Shown one piece after another: positions 51,943 to 64,000 of a stretch of 64,000 nucleotides of DNA. The position numbers were made by a program, and so were the translations under genes. The notes beneath the pieces are model-generated. The model saw only the letters and a list, made by a program, of their open reading frames with translations. It did no database searches and was not told the origin of the DNA. The DNA comes from Octopus sinensis (lineage: Eukaryota): assembly GCF_006345805.1 (NCBI RefSeq), contig NC_042999.1, forward strand, positions 174,282,001-174,346,000, in the 5' to 3' direction. How positions within the stretch are numbered: the stretch's first letter is position 1; every line of letters starts with the position of its first letter.

Positions 51943-52480
51943 TTGGGTTGTCCGGAAAATTCGTGCCGATTTATAGTAGCCTACCTTTCGACTTATTTTA
52001 GAACATGGTTGAGTCCATAAAATAGGATTTGACTACACCCTCATTTTGAGCACGGTTTAAGCTATCTTTTCGTGGAAGAAGGTTTATGTTCCTATAACCT
52101 GTGTTAATTTTGTAACCCTTTAAAATGGAAGATAAGAAAGTTCATTTTCGGCACTTGATGCTTTGGGAACCAGACAAAAATTGCTATGGCTCGGCTGGGA
52201 GGTGTTACCCCACCCTCCATATTCACCAGATATTGCTCCTTCGGAATTCCACTTATTCAGGTCTCTGCAGAATAGCCTTAATCATAAAAATTTCAATTCC
52301 TTGGATGACGTAAAAAGATACCTCGATTCTGGGAAGGGGGTATTTTCAAGTTAAAGGAAAGATGGAGACGCATTGTGCAACAAAATGGTTCATATTTGGT
52401 TGATTAAAAATGTAATGGCAAATATTTATTGACCTTTTTCTTTCCTTTAAAAATCGGCACGAACTTTCTGGACAACCCAA
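51943..52480 (+). mobile_element. 538-bp internally deleted mariner (mellifera-subfamily-like)
   Basis: 30-bp TIRs TTGGGTTGTCC(G/A)GAAA(A/G)TTCGTGCCGATTT, TA TSD. MEDKKVHFRHLMLW is fused directly to TRQKLLWLGWEVLPHPPYSPDIAPSE. Confidence 0.92.
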
Positions 52481-53170
52481 TATTTTGGTCATCTGCCGAT
52501 CTTTATTCAACTATTGGATTCAAGTCACTAATGCAAGTTAACATTACATTCATTCTTTTGACAATACTGCTGCTTATGTAGCCGGCCTGTTTACTATACA
52601 ACTGTTAATGTAGCTGAGGCAGCTCACTGTAGAGCTGATGTAGATTAAGCTTTCGAAATTTATTGATCTTCACCATGGTTATGACGTGTTATAACAATCA
52701 CCTACCTCTTCCTAACTCGAACTATTAAACTATTTGCTCTTAACAGTTCACTGTTTTTCCTACACCAAAAATGAAAGTAGAGAAACTTATCTAATCGAAA
52801 CCAAAAAATAAAAACCATATTCAGCAATCCAAATCTAAGTGTCATATTTCTTCTTTGTTCATCGCCATATCCTCTCTGTTGCGAGGTTATAAACTTGTCT
52901 CTACGACCACAATCACTTATGACAAATAATATCAGAAATTAACTCTTTAGCTTTCGGCTATAAATCATAAGCGCTACAACCTGTCTTCTTGCCGACAGTT
53001 CATTGATTATCTGACTAATGACACGACACGACTATATAATAATCTATACTCATTGGCCAAATATAAAAAGACAACGAATGGCAAATATGATTAAATACAG
53101 ATAAAGAGAATTTATATTTACTACACGCATAGATATATAAACTGAAAGAGACACAGAGAGAGACAGGCCG

Positions 53171-53205
<35 letters not shown>

Positions 53206-53469
53206 CACACAAACACAAACACACACACACACATATGTAATAAACGAGAGCCACAGAAAGAATGAGATACAAGAACATATGATCGAAGATACCAGCAATT
53301 CAAAAATACAAGGCAAGGGTAAGTATATTTGTATTTCGACTTTTGTCTTAATAGACGAAACTCGAAACACATTAGTCTTTTTGGAAGGAAATGTTGAAAT
53401 ATATGTATGTATATAACAATTACCAAACGGCAACTGAGAGCAGCTCCATATGAGAAGGGAAGATACTTT

Positions 53470-53620
53470 TAACAATCAAGAATTCTCCAAAGTTGGCATG
53501 CTATAAGGAAAAAACGGGCTAAATTGTCCGGAGAGAAGAGAACATTTGCGGACATGCGTTTCTACCTCAATAGGTGTCATCAGCATGGAATGGTTTTCCT
53601 CAGTAACCAAGAGAATCAGA
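53470..53620 (-). mobile_element. Penelope-type terminal fragment with hammerhead relic
   Basis: Minus strand CTGATGA-C-ACCT(ATTG)AGGT-A-GAAAC-GCAT-GTC at 53551-53583; homologous to 34396-34440. Confidence 0.55.
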
Positions 53621-54004
53621 TATCTGCAAAAAAAAAAGAGTAGAACACAATTTTGGTCTTGGCTCGCGGCATGTATGAGAACATGGACAAATGCAAGTAT
53701 ATCAAATACCATACACATCCTCTGGAGGATGTGACACAATTGCCAAAACCCAACTGAGACCAAATAGTATTGACATTTGGAAACTGTGCCAACCTCTTGA
53801 GGTGAAGTTAATTTTAATAAATCATGAATTTATGTTGTATGGTATTTGATATACCTATATTTGTCCACGTTGTTTATGTACATGCCACTGGCTTCTCTGA
53901 GGTATATCTCTTAGATAATTTTCGTTCAAAATATGAGTGTGTGCGTGTGCGTTTGTGCTTGTGTGTGTGTGTGAGAGAGAGAGAGAGAGTGAGTGTGTAT
54001 ATGT

Positions 54005-55653
54005 AACAAGATGATGGTCGTGAACCCCCTCCATTTGATAGATCGGTACCTCCAATGCCTAGATTGGTCATCACCCGGGACGAAGTCGAACGCGTTATTC
54101 AAGGCCTCGATGTCAACAAGGATCACGGCCCTGACGGCATACACCCACAGGTTATCAAAGCGTTGGCTCCGGTCATCTGCGAACCTTTAACACTTCTATT
54201 CAATGTCATTGGCGACGGGTGTTATACCTGCGGACTGGAGAACAGCGATAATCTGCCCAATTTTCAAGAAATGGAGCCGCGAAGACCCGCTCAACTTCCG
54301 ACCGGTTTCCCTTACTTCAATAAGCAGCAAGATGTTCGAAACCATCCTTAAGAAAAGTATGTCGCTCCACCTCCAAAACACAGCCTCTATCTCTGATTCC
54401 CAACACGGCTTCGTGCCGAAGAGATCATGCTTGACCAACTTACTGGTAATGGAAGAATTGGTGACGCGTATCCTAGATGATGATGATGCTGTTGACATCA
54501 TTTTATTGGACTTTGCCAAAGCTTTTGACTCGGTAAACCACCGCCTATTACTTGTCAAGCTTCAAGCATATAGTTTCCATCCGGATATTGTACGATGGGT
54601 TGGTGCCTTCCTCTCAGATCGCTCCTTCCAAGTCCAAGTTAATGGTTCGCTGTCCGACGTCTCCAGTGCGAGCAGTGGCGTGCCTCAAGGTTCAGTGCTT
54701 GGGCCCTTATTGTTCTTAGTCTTCATAAATGACTTGTCCGACAACCTCACGCAACACACCCTTCTATTTTCCGATGATGTCAAACTGGTCGCTCCTCGCG
54801 GTGATATAGATGATCTTCGTCGATGCCTCCACCAAGTTTGGAGATGGTCTAACGAATGGGACCTGTGCCTGAACGTGTCAAAGTGCTGTCATCTACCTGT
54901 TGGCTCTTCTCCTGTAACTCAATTTGATTTCGAGCCGGGTCGTCTGCTGCTGGAGAGGACCGACCAGGTAAAGGACATGGGTATCTTGGTGGATTCTTCC
55001 TTTTCGCTTTCGGCCCAGTGCGTCCATGCTGCCAACAAAGCACGTGGAGTTCTGTTTTTGATTCGACGGTCATTCAGAATGCTCACAGCAGCCGTATTCC
55101 TACCGCTCTATGTCACGCTGTTGAGACCCATATTGGAGTACGGGATTCAAGCCTCTTCTCCTTATCTCCTCAAAGACATACATCATCTCGAAATAGTCCA
55201 GAAGCTGGCTACCCGCATGGTTCTTGGTCACAAGCATTTGTCTTATGAAGAAAGGCTGAAGACGCTCGACCTCTATTCTCTAGAAAAACGACGACACCGT
55301 GGTGATCTCATTCTTGCTCACAACATCATAAGCGGAAAGTGTAACCTCTCGAAAGAGCTGTTCTTCACTCCTGCTCCAGAGCGTTTGCAGCGGGGTCACT
55401 CCGAAAAGCTCTATCTGCGACGATATCATCTCAATCGAAGGAGAGGGGCTTTCTCCCTCCGGGTTGCGGATCCGTGGAACAAGCTGCTTGACGAGATAGT
55501 GAAGATGCCGACGACCGCTCGGTTCAAAGTCCCTCTTGACCAGAAATGGCCTGAACTCTTTGCATGAACACCCTCCTTGTACATAACTCCATGTCCTCCT
55601 ACATGGCTTTGCTTTTTGCTTTTTGATCCAAAAAATTAACTTAACTTAACTTA
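54005..55653 (+). mobile_element. 5'-truncated CR1-like LINE (RT) with (AACTT)n tail
   Basis: ORFs 54055 and 54203-55567 (one frameshift near 54200): GPDGIHP, QHGF, LDFAKAFDSV, SGVPQGSVLGPLLF, FSDD. Short 3' UTR ends TTAACTTAACTTAACTT. Confidence 0.92.
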
Positions 55654-56739
55654 TGTGTGCGTGTGTTCGTGCCTGTAGTTACCCGAGCGCTGAATATACA
55701 GAAACAGCTTTTATTAAACTTAAAGGTATAACTTATAGCAAATTTTCATGGAGTATTTTTTGTATACAATTATACGTGCATATGTTTTACATCGTAATGT
55801 ATATACATATCTGAAGTTGAATTTTTCCAAATTTTTATGTTGTGTGAAATCGTAAATTTATAACTATCAATAAAAAATGTCTATTGATAATTTTACATTT
55901 GTAACTTGAAATATTATCTTCACATGTTACTTTACACACTTTATTGCTATTCTAAAATATTATGTAATTCAAAAATAGGTGTAATTCTAATAGAACATTG
56001 TATTAGTCAGCAAGAACTCTAGGACAGACAATATTTCTTGTTATAGAATTCGGCATTCTGATGATAAAAGTTCTACTTGACCCAACACGTGAACTTGCAA
56101 CATGGATCATGACAGAAACATGGACTTAGCGGTTCAACTCCATCGACCCTGATAGACTGAAGTAGTGTATCTGAGTGATGCGGGAAATGTGGTCCAACCC
56201 CTCATAACGGTGGTTTTCAAGACATAAGAATTTTGACGATTAGTTAGGGTTGGGGTTAAGGATTAGGCTTACGGTTAGGGTTATGAGGGATAAAAACTGA
56301 CTGAAGAGAAGTGAAAAAGTTTTTTTGGATAGTTAGCAGCATCTTTAACGTCAACTACAGCGTGGACTGAATTTTATTATCTGAATTGTACCTGTTGAAT
56401 AGTGATGCTTCATCTACGATAATAATTTCAGAAAGATCATCATGGTATCCATAATTCTTTCAGTAGCATTGCTGATGATCGTTCAATAACTTTTAGGGAG
56501 TTTTGACATCTCTACTCTTAATGTCGACAGGTAGATGATCATTATTCCCATTTGAAGTAAAATTTGGACAGAGTTGCCAAAGTTTCTCTCTTAAATACAA
56601 TTCATTTCTAGGTACAACGATATGGCTTTTTTCTCTCGTCTACAATCATCCATCCGTCCATACATACACACATCCGTACATATACACATACATGCGTAAA
56701 AACAAGTTACATGATTACGAGAATACCTGTAGTACACTA

Positions 56740-57725
56740 AAGTGCCTGATGCAGGGATTGCTGCGGTAACAGAGAGATGAAGAAAACCTAGACAGTCCAG
56801 TAGGCAGTGGAATGACTTAAATGCAAGACCCTTCTTGAGAGTATGGCACCAGGTAAGATCGAACTCAGAGTTGCAACAACAACATGATTTGACATGGTTG
56901 GCAGGAAGGAGAGGCGGAAGATAGTGCAGGAGGAGGTGTGAGCATCGGTAGAAGAGGAGCAGGTAAGCAGCGTAATGGAAACAGGATACCTGGATTAAGC
57001 TGTGGAAAATGAAGAAACGGAAGAGAATCTAGCAGGATCTAGTAGAATCCGTAGAGGATCGAGTTCTTGATTCAAGGATCCTATGATGCCCCACCCCGGC
57101 CTATCCAACCTTTTTTTCCATAGGACATCGGGAAATCAACAGTATGCTCCTGTATTTTGAAGGAGGGACTTTTGAACACATCCCAAGCAACTTCTCTAAG
57201 GCACTCGGCAAGGAATACTGTCACTAGAGATAGATCAGGTGCCCAATGGCATCGCTGAGGCAATCAGTAGGGGGATAGGAAACAGCAGCAATGCCTACAC
57301 AACCAGAAAGATCGCCTTTGTTAAGGAGAGAGAACCTTCAAAGAAAATAGCCATGAACGCCGCCAGGGAGCTGATCTAGAGAAGCAATGAAGTTGTCCAT
57401 CATATATCAAGCAGATCTTATTTTAGTTTCTGATGCAACAAGACAGCTAATCTTACTTGAATTAACTGTTCTCTAAAATGAGAGAGTGAAAGAAGCACAG
57501 GAGAAGAGAGCAAAGTACCAGGAGTTGATGAAAGTCTGTTGTAGGAATTGGAAGATGGCCAGATGTTTGACACTGGAGGTAGGCTTTCAATGGTCTATAG
57601 GTCTTTTCCTGAGTGCGGCCTATGGAACCCTGAATTTTGTAGGAATGAGTAGAAGACAAATCAAAACTAATTAGCGGCTGCTAAGAAAGCATCTAGATGG
57701 ATCTGGCCGAAAAGAGGTTATCGTT
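56740..57725 (+). pseudogene. Decayed HERO-like RLE retrotransposon 3' region
   Basis: MKEAQEKRAKYQELMKVCCRNWKMARCLTLEVGF matches the HERO RLE pattern EA.ERK..KY.EL...C...GW....P.EVG. Upstream knuckle and RHD region are degenerate. Confidence 0.7.
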
Positions 57726-59292
57726 GGTGAAAGTAGAATGCTTTTTGTTTTGAACAACTTCGGTCGATTTATTTAGATGTTGTAACTCCAAGATAAAATA
57801 CTGACGATGTGTCCGAATATTTTTTCAGTATACATGTAGAATGTAAGTATGAGTGTGTATTATTTTATTTTCATTTTGTTTGGTTTTATTGAAGAAGACT
57901 TCTTTCAAATTTCATATTCAATTAATGTAACGAACGTAGAATTTATTTGTTCTTGTTTAAGATTTCCCACAATGACAAGGGCACTTGAAAATAAAACTTA
58001 GAAAATATCTTGAAAATATATACCGACATACATCTACTTCTATATACATGTTACGCGTGTGTGCGTGTGTGCGTGTGTGTGTGTGTGCGTGTGTTTGTGT
58101 TTGTGTGTTTGTGTGTGTGTCTGTTTGTCTGTATATATATATATATATAATATATATATATATATATAGATAGATAGATCGATAGATAGATAGATAGAGA
58201 GAGAGAGAGGAGAGAGAGAGAGAGGGTGAGAAAGAGAGAAAGACAGACAGACAGGCAGACAGAGATGAAGACAGTATATATTTGCAATCACTGCACCAGA
58301 CATGTAAAAGACATATCTTCGAAAAGTTACTACTTGCTTCAAATCCAGTGAAATTGGTGCATATTTAAAAAATATTAATGCTGTTTGCTCCATAAATCAG
58401 ACTAAGTTTTATAATCTTTGAATATATTTCAAATGTTATAAAATTTAACAATTCTATGTAGAGAACTTCGTAAAAGAATACTTTACAAGTATAAACAAAT
58501 TTAAAAGTAAAGTTATCGTCAACAACACTTGAAAGTTTGCCTTTCATTTGTCGTTTTGGTGTCGATAATTAGCAGTCCACGACCGTTGATTGATTGAATG
58601 TTGGAACATCGAAGGAGATGCCTGCATTCCAGTATCTATTTTAGATCAGCCACCATTCAGTTACCAACAAAAAAATAGCTACAGGATTCAGAAGCCCTAA
58701 AGCAAGTGCTCAGGTATTTTAGCTGATCACTTTAAATGCCAGCACACCATCTGGCAGGGGGAAATACAATGGGTGTTTATTTCTCGCGGACTCAACACTA
58801 CACCAGTATATGTATACAATTAATGCGTTATAGAGAACCTACAGAACTTCTTGACATAATCAGTCTACAAAACATAGTGCTTTTGCTTATGTTTTAGTTG
58901 AAGCCTTTCTCTTCTAAGCTATATTTATGAGAGAATGTACAGTCAGTATCATAAGCTAATGAAGCAACTGTTAATTTTATATTATTTCCCTTGCTTATAC
59001 TGAGGATGCTAGCCTGCTTTATGATATCTTATAACAACGAAGCAGGCCTTGTCGTTTAGAAATGAAGTATTTTAGCACAACGCTGTGCCGGTGGCTAAAT
59101 GCGATCCAATACAACGAGGTCAGAGCCGACTTTAATTGTACATGTCAATGTCCCTTCCTCATATCTCATACTTGCCTTGTCCATTTTGACTTAACTGGCA
59201 ATTCTTATCTACTAGCCTAGAATCTAGCCTGCTGCAGAATATGATTGTAGAATATGTTGTCGAATCTTATCGATAGTTATTATTCATTGTAT

Positions 59293-59730
59293 AAGGTGGC
59301 GAGCAAGTAAAATCGCTAGCACACCGGACATAATACTTAATACCGTTTCGTCCGTCTTTACATTCTGGATTCAAATGCCACCGAGGTCAACTTTGCCTTT
59401 CATCCCTTTTCAGGTCGATGAAATATGTACCAGTAGAGCATTATATCTCCTCTCTCGCAAAATTCAGACCTTGTACCTATAAGTAGAAAGGACTACCCAT
59501 TGGTATTTGTTTTTTCAGACAACGAGCTGGCATAATCGTTGACGCGTCAGAAAAGTGCTTAGCGACTTTCTTCCAGTTTTTTATGTTCTGAATTCAAATC
59601 CTGCCGAGGTCAACTTTGTCTTTCATCCTTTCGGGTTCGTTCGTTAAACAAAGTACCAGTCAGGTACTGAGGTCGATGTAGTCGGCTAACCCATCCTCCG
59701 AAAATTATTGATCATATGCCAAAATTCGAA
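59293..59730 (+). mobile_element. Two decayed GCCTTTCATCC-core SINE copies
   Basis: AAGGTGGCGAGCAAGTAAAATCGCTAGC...GAGGTCAACTTTGCCTTTCATCC, and a second copy from ~59520. Confidence 0.7.
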
Positions 59731-61099
59731 ATAATTATCGACTGATTTTTTAAATATATATTTTGGGATACTTCCAATCTGATGTTGCATCTCATTTCTT
59801 GTATTCCGTCAGATACAGCGACTATCGGTCTCGGCCTTTCTTTATTCATATGAAAACATCGATGATTACAATTAAATGGTGATTTCTTACAATTAGTTCA
59901 GATATATAGCAAACTAATTAGATTTTGCGAGGTTTATATCATTTTCATGCTAAATTACTAGCGTAAGTGAAGGAGTCTGTTAAAATGAGGAATAGCAACC
60001 AGGTTTCAGATCCTACTTGAAATTAGCTTACTTCAGTACTTCAGCACTCACAGAATGGGATCAAATGTTCGTTTGTTCTTAAGTACAAAATCACACATTT
60101 GTAAATAAGGCGGGCGAGATGTGTAACACTCATGCTTTTACTAAAGGCATTTATATCATATGTGAAGTTAATTTATTTATAGCCGAAAACCGAAACTAAT
60201 TTGTGCCAAAAATATGTCCTTTTACAATTATATGCCACAAATTCTTTTTATTTCTTTACTAAACACGGGACACAGTAACCGTGACAGTATACTAATCACC
60301 TATCCTTTAGACTATTGATATATTATCGATTAGCCTTCTGTGACTCAACAAGAAATCGTTTGGTTCGAATATTGATTCTGTTATTTGACGCAGAGACGTC
60401 AGTGCAGTGAACTAAATTCTTTTAGTTTCATTCATTTTTATTTCTGAATTTAGACCTTGACGAACGAACTATTAGAGTCAAAATCCTTTACACAGAATTG
60501 GACATTTCATCCAGTGTTCTACTCGTTGAAACGGTAGAGTGCCGGATGACAGGCATAACGTTAACTAATCCCTTCCTCTACGTTCAGAGTTCAAATCCTG
60601 TCGAGAATAATTTTGCACTCTTTCTTGAATTGACACAAGAAGTACCAAACAAGTAGATATGATTTTTTTTCTTTCAGTCTGCCCATATTCAGGCAATTTA
60701 TGGCAGCTAACGGAATTTCTTGTGAAGCCCATTTAATTTATTTATTCTTTCATAAAGAAGCTTGTTCGTTTGTAGCTTGAGTAGATGTTTACTTTGAAAC
60801 TTGATCACTGATTTTGTAATATTCTCTTCGATTTTCTTTATTATTTCAGACTTATCTAGCTAGATATTAACTGCAGTTGCTCTATTGAGATGTTTGTTTT
60901 TATTCTGTTTGTTCTTAGGCGTAGGGTCGAGAGTATGATTTTTCTTTGGCTATGTAGTTCGTTGATTGTTTCTCTGAGAGTTCTGGCTTTCGTTATATTT
61001 TGATGTTTTAGTTCTTTTTCCCTGTTTCCATTTACTGTCACTTTTGTTTATTGCGAAGCGGGTTTTGCATTTTCAGCATATTTTGGTGTCCCGTATAGT

Positions 61100-62050
61100 G
61101 CATGTGTAGTCGTCTCTCTTGTGTTGCTTTATTTCTTTTATTGGGACTTGTTCGGTTTGTGTGTGGTGGATTCCATTGGGATACTTTTATGGCAGACCCC
61201 TGTTATGAGCAACCGAATGTTTTGCTTTCAAGTATGTATTCTGTCTATAAGTTTGTCTATTCCAATTTTGAAGGAATCATGAACCTATTATGAACTTTCA
61301 TACGTTCATTTGTTTCTTGCAATACTTTTCATCAGTTCATTTAACTACATAACTCGTACGTCTATTCTATATATTTGTGTTTTAGATATTGCCTTGCTAA
61401 TGTAATGTCCAGTTTATTTTTAAAGTTTGTTTTTGTTCTTAATGCTAACATTAAGAAACGGACCTTCTGTTTGGAATTATTGTTTTGAGAGAGGATAACA
61501 CTTCCTAACTAAACGTTACAACGGTTGTTCCGTATTGTAAATGCAATGAGCCCACATTACGAAATTCATCGTTGTTTTCGTAGTCCATGGAAGCCTTTAC
61601 GAATCACTCCTGTGCTTATCTCTGACTACTTTAGTATTAAGTAGATGAGAAACAAATCACCGACTAGATATAACGCCAGTTTATCAATAGTAAATTTTCT
61701 TGTGGATGGGACTGAAATGAGTACTGCTTCTCGAGGTGAATTATATCCCTTAGTTTTAGCTCAGTTGTTTAACCTTTTGAGAGTTATGTGTATTGGTCAT
61801 AAGAAACTATGAAGAGCCAAAATAAGGATGTCCGTTGTTCTGCCGATTGTGTCATCCATAATCTTAATATATTGATCGAGTGTCATATATCTGTCAAATG
61901 CAGCAGCTGGAATTATTGCTCGTGAGAAATAAGAATATCTGTTCCATTAATATGGACGTTTTCAATGAATTATCATATTTATCAGAGGTAAAGACAACGT
62001 GGAAATAAATATTCATTAACCTCAATAACTAGTATTTTCGATGTATATCT
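61100..62050 (-). pseudogene. Possible ancient LINE (CR1/Jockey-type) 3' region
   Basis: Loose similarity only (SPRE...PSTRKFTIDKL; SFKIGIDKLI), with many stops. Confidence 0.25.
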
Positions 62051-62229
62051 AACGTAATGTCACTTTACTTACGCTGCAGATATGTTGAGAGAGTCACGGT
62101 TGTCCAAACATCTTAATTTTCTTCATTCTTCTATAATATAGTACCGAGCTAAAAGAACACATTTACTTTCATTTGCCCATTTAATTACCAAAACAGTTTC
62201 GCTGTTATAATCTTTGTCATTCGGTTAAG

Positions 62230-62992
62230 TTAGGGGTTCTCAGCAATTTTTTATCTTCAGACCCCTTTGGTTACTATTTTAGTCTGGTGGACCCGATAGC
62301 CATTCGATGTTTAAAAGCTAGTTTTATAGAAACTTCTTTCAAAATTCCTATTTTGTTTTTCACACATTAACTTGTGTAGTTTGAACTATGAAAAATGTTA
62401 GAGAAAATGTGGTAAGTAGCTTGCTTACGAACCACATGGTCCCGGGTTCAGTCCCACTGCGTGGCACCTTGGGCAAGTGTCTTCTACTATAGCCTCGGGC
62501 CGACCAATGCCTTGTGAGTGGATTTGGTAGACGGAAACTGAAAGAAGCCCGTCGTATATATGTATATATGTATGTGTGTGTCTGTATATGTTTGTGTGCC
62601 TGTGTTTGTCCCCCCAACATCGCTTGGCAACCAATGGTGGTGTGTTTACGTCCCCGTAACTTAGCGGTTCGGGAAAAGAGACCGATAGAATAAGTACTAG
62701 GCTTACAAAGAATAAGTACTAGGCTTACAAAGAATAAGTCCTGGGATCGATTTGCTCGACTAAAGGCGGCGCTCCAGCATGGCCGCAGTCAAATGACTGA
62801 AACAAGTAAAAGAGTAAAAGAGTAAAGAAATTTAGTTGTTTCTAGCAATGTATACAAATATCTAAAACAAAGTTTTTCAGAGGCGCTTAAAGTACTATTG
62901 TGGATGTCCAGTTTACTATTTTGCTTACGTGGACCCCACAAAATCTTATATGGACCCTCAGGGGCCATACGGACTCCGGTTGACAACCAGTG
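62230..62992. mobile_element. Possible decayed hAT-type MITE interrupted by a SINE
   Basis: Ends TAGGGGTTCTCAGC / GGTTGACAACCAGTG resemble CAGGGGTTCTCAACC-type hAT TIRs (only 9/15 match each other); GGACCCC subterminal motifs. Confidence 0.35.
62405..62827 (+). mobile_element. CORE-type SINE with 21-bp internal tandem duplication
   Basis: Collinear with 48107; AATAAGTACTAGGCTTACAAAG is duplicated at ~62690-62735. Confidence 0.9.
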
Positions 62993-64000
62993 TGTTAAAT
63001 TATTGATTTTACTGTATTTGTTACTACCAATATATAGTACTTTTTCTGCTGCTACAACTATTTCTACCACTACTACTGCTACTGCTACTACTACTACTGC
63101 CACTACAACTGCTGCTACTTCTATTATTATTGATACTATTACCACTCCCAATTCCCAATTCCAGTTTGTGTCAACCCTTTTTCCTATTGTTTCTATTTTG
63201 TGACCATGGACTTATAGATTTTCTTCTTTGAAGTCGTCAAGTCTTGATCCTGCTGTACTCTAAAACGCCAAAGCAAGCCCCCACTCAGAGAAATAAGGGA
63301 AAGTACATGGAGTTCAACATATAAATATGAAGATGAGTAAAAATATAAATATGAATGTTCACAAGAACATACCCATAGGTGAATATGCTTAAAAGAAAAG
63401 AGGAGAAAAGAAAAGAAGAAGAAAAATTGTACAGTCAGTTTGGCTTGAGGATGACGGTCGAAGGATGTACGCACAAACACAGTGCAACGTTACTTTACAA
63501 TGTATCTTGGTTACTGTTAACGAGGACATGTTAGTTCGTTTTAAAAATCAAATTAACTAACCAACTATCAGCACCAGGCGATGACAACCGGAATGACTGG
63601 CCTTTATTAATGAGAAAAAATTATATTTTAAACCCTGAGACCTATATACACTGGTCAACAGCCTCGTCTCAAACCTGTGGCAATGGAAGTGTGTCAGTGA
63701 GCAGATAGTGCAACGAAAATTTTGATACTTGGTTTTTTCAGCATATTTTTAAATAGAGCAATACTAGTGAAGCAGAAAAGTGTATTACAATATGGTTATG
63801 TGCTGCCATTTTATTTTTGTAGGAGGTGCATAATACGCAGTTTCAGTCCTGAGTGATTTTAAAACTTGATAGTAACATCGCTTGAGCAACGTTAATAATA
63901 TATTGTCTAATTGCACACTCTGAAGAGAATAAAGTCTAGGTGTTTTTGTTGTTGTTTTTTTGCTTTGTTTTTTAGATCATCGAGTTGTCATGTCTTTTCT

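Overview
Repeat-saturated, AT-rich animal genomic DNA. The SINE families and microsatellite load point to an octopus/coleoid cephalopod (inference from recalled repeat families, not a database hit). I could not support any host protein-coding exon; almost all listed ORFs are microsatellite read-through or transposon fragments. Mobile elements seen: R4/Dong-like RLE retrotransposon 3' fragments in (TAA)n tracts, Penelope-like elements (PLEs) and their termini, RTE, CR1-like and HERO-like LINE fragments, three Tc1/mariner copies (DD37D maT-like, DD34D irritans-like, mellifera-like deletion derivative) and many tRNA-derived SINEs. Most interesting: (1) a 352-bp retrozyme-like unit with a fully canonical type I hammerhead ribozyme, inserted as 1.2 tandem units plus a 234-bp inverted copy (31072-31731); (2) two diverged copies of a LINE-ORF1-type retroelement inserted at the same nucleotide of a CORE-SINE head (22932-25063 and ~17025-17742), the complete copy having no RT, which suggests a SINE-targeting, ORF1-only element; (3) covarying minimal hammerhead-like motifs with a variant CUGUUGAA core in PLE-type ends; (4) twin-priming-type inversions in both an RTE LINE and the retrozyme insertion.
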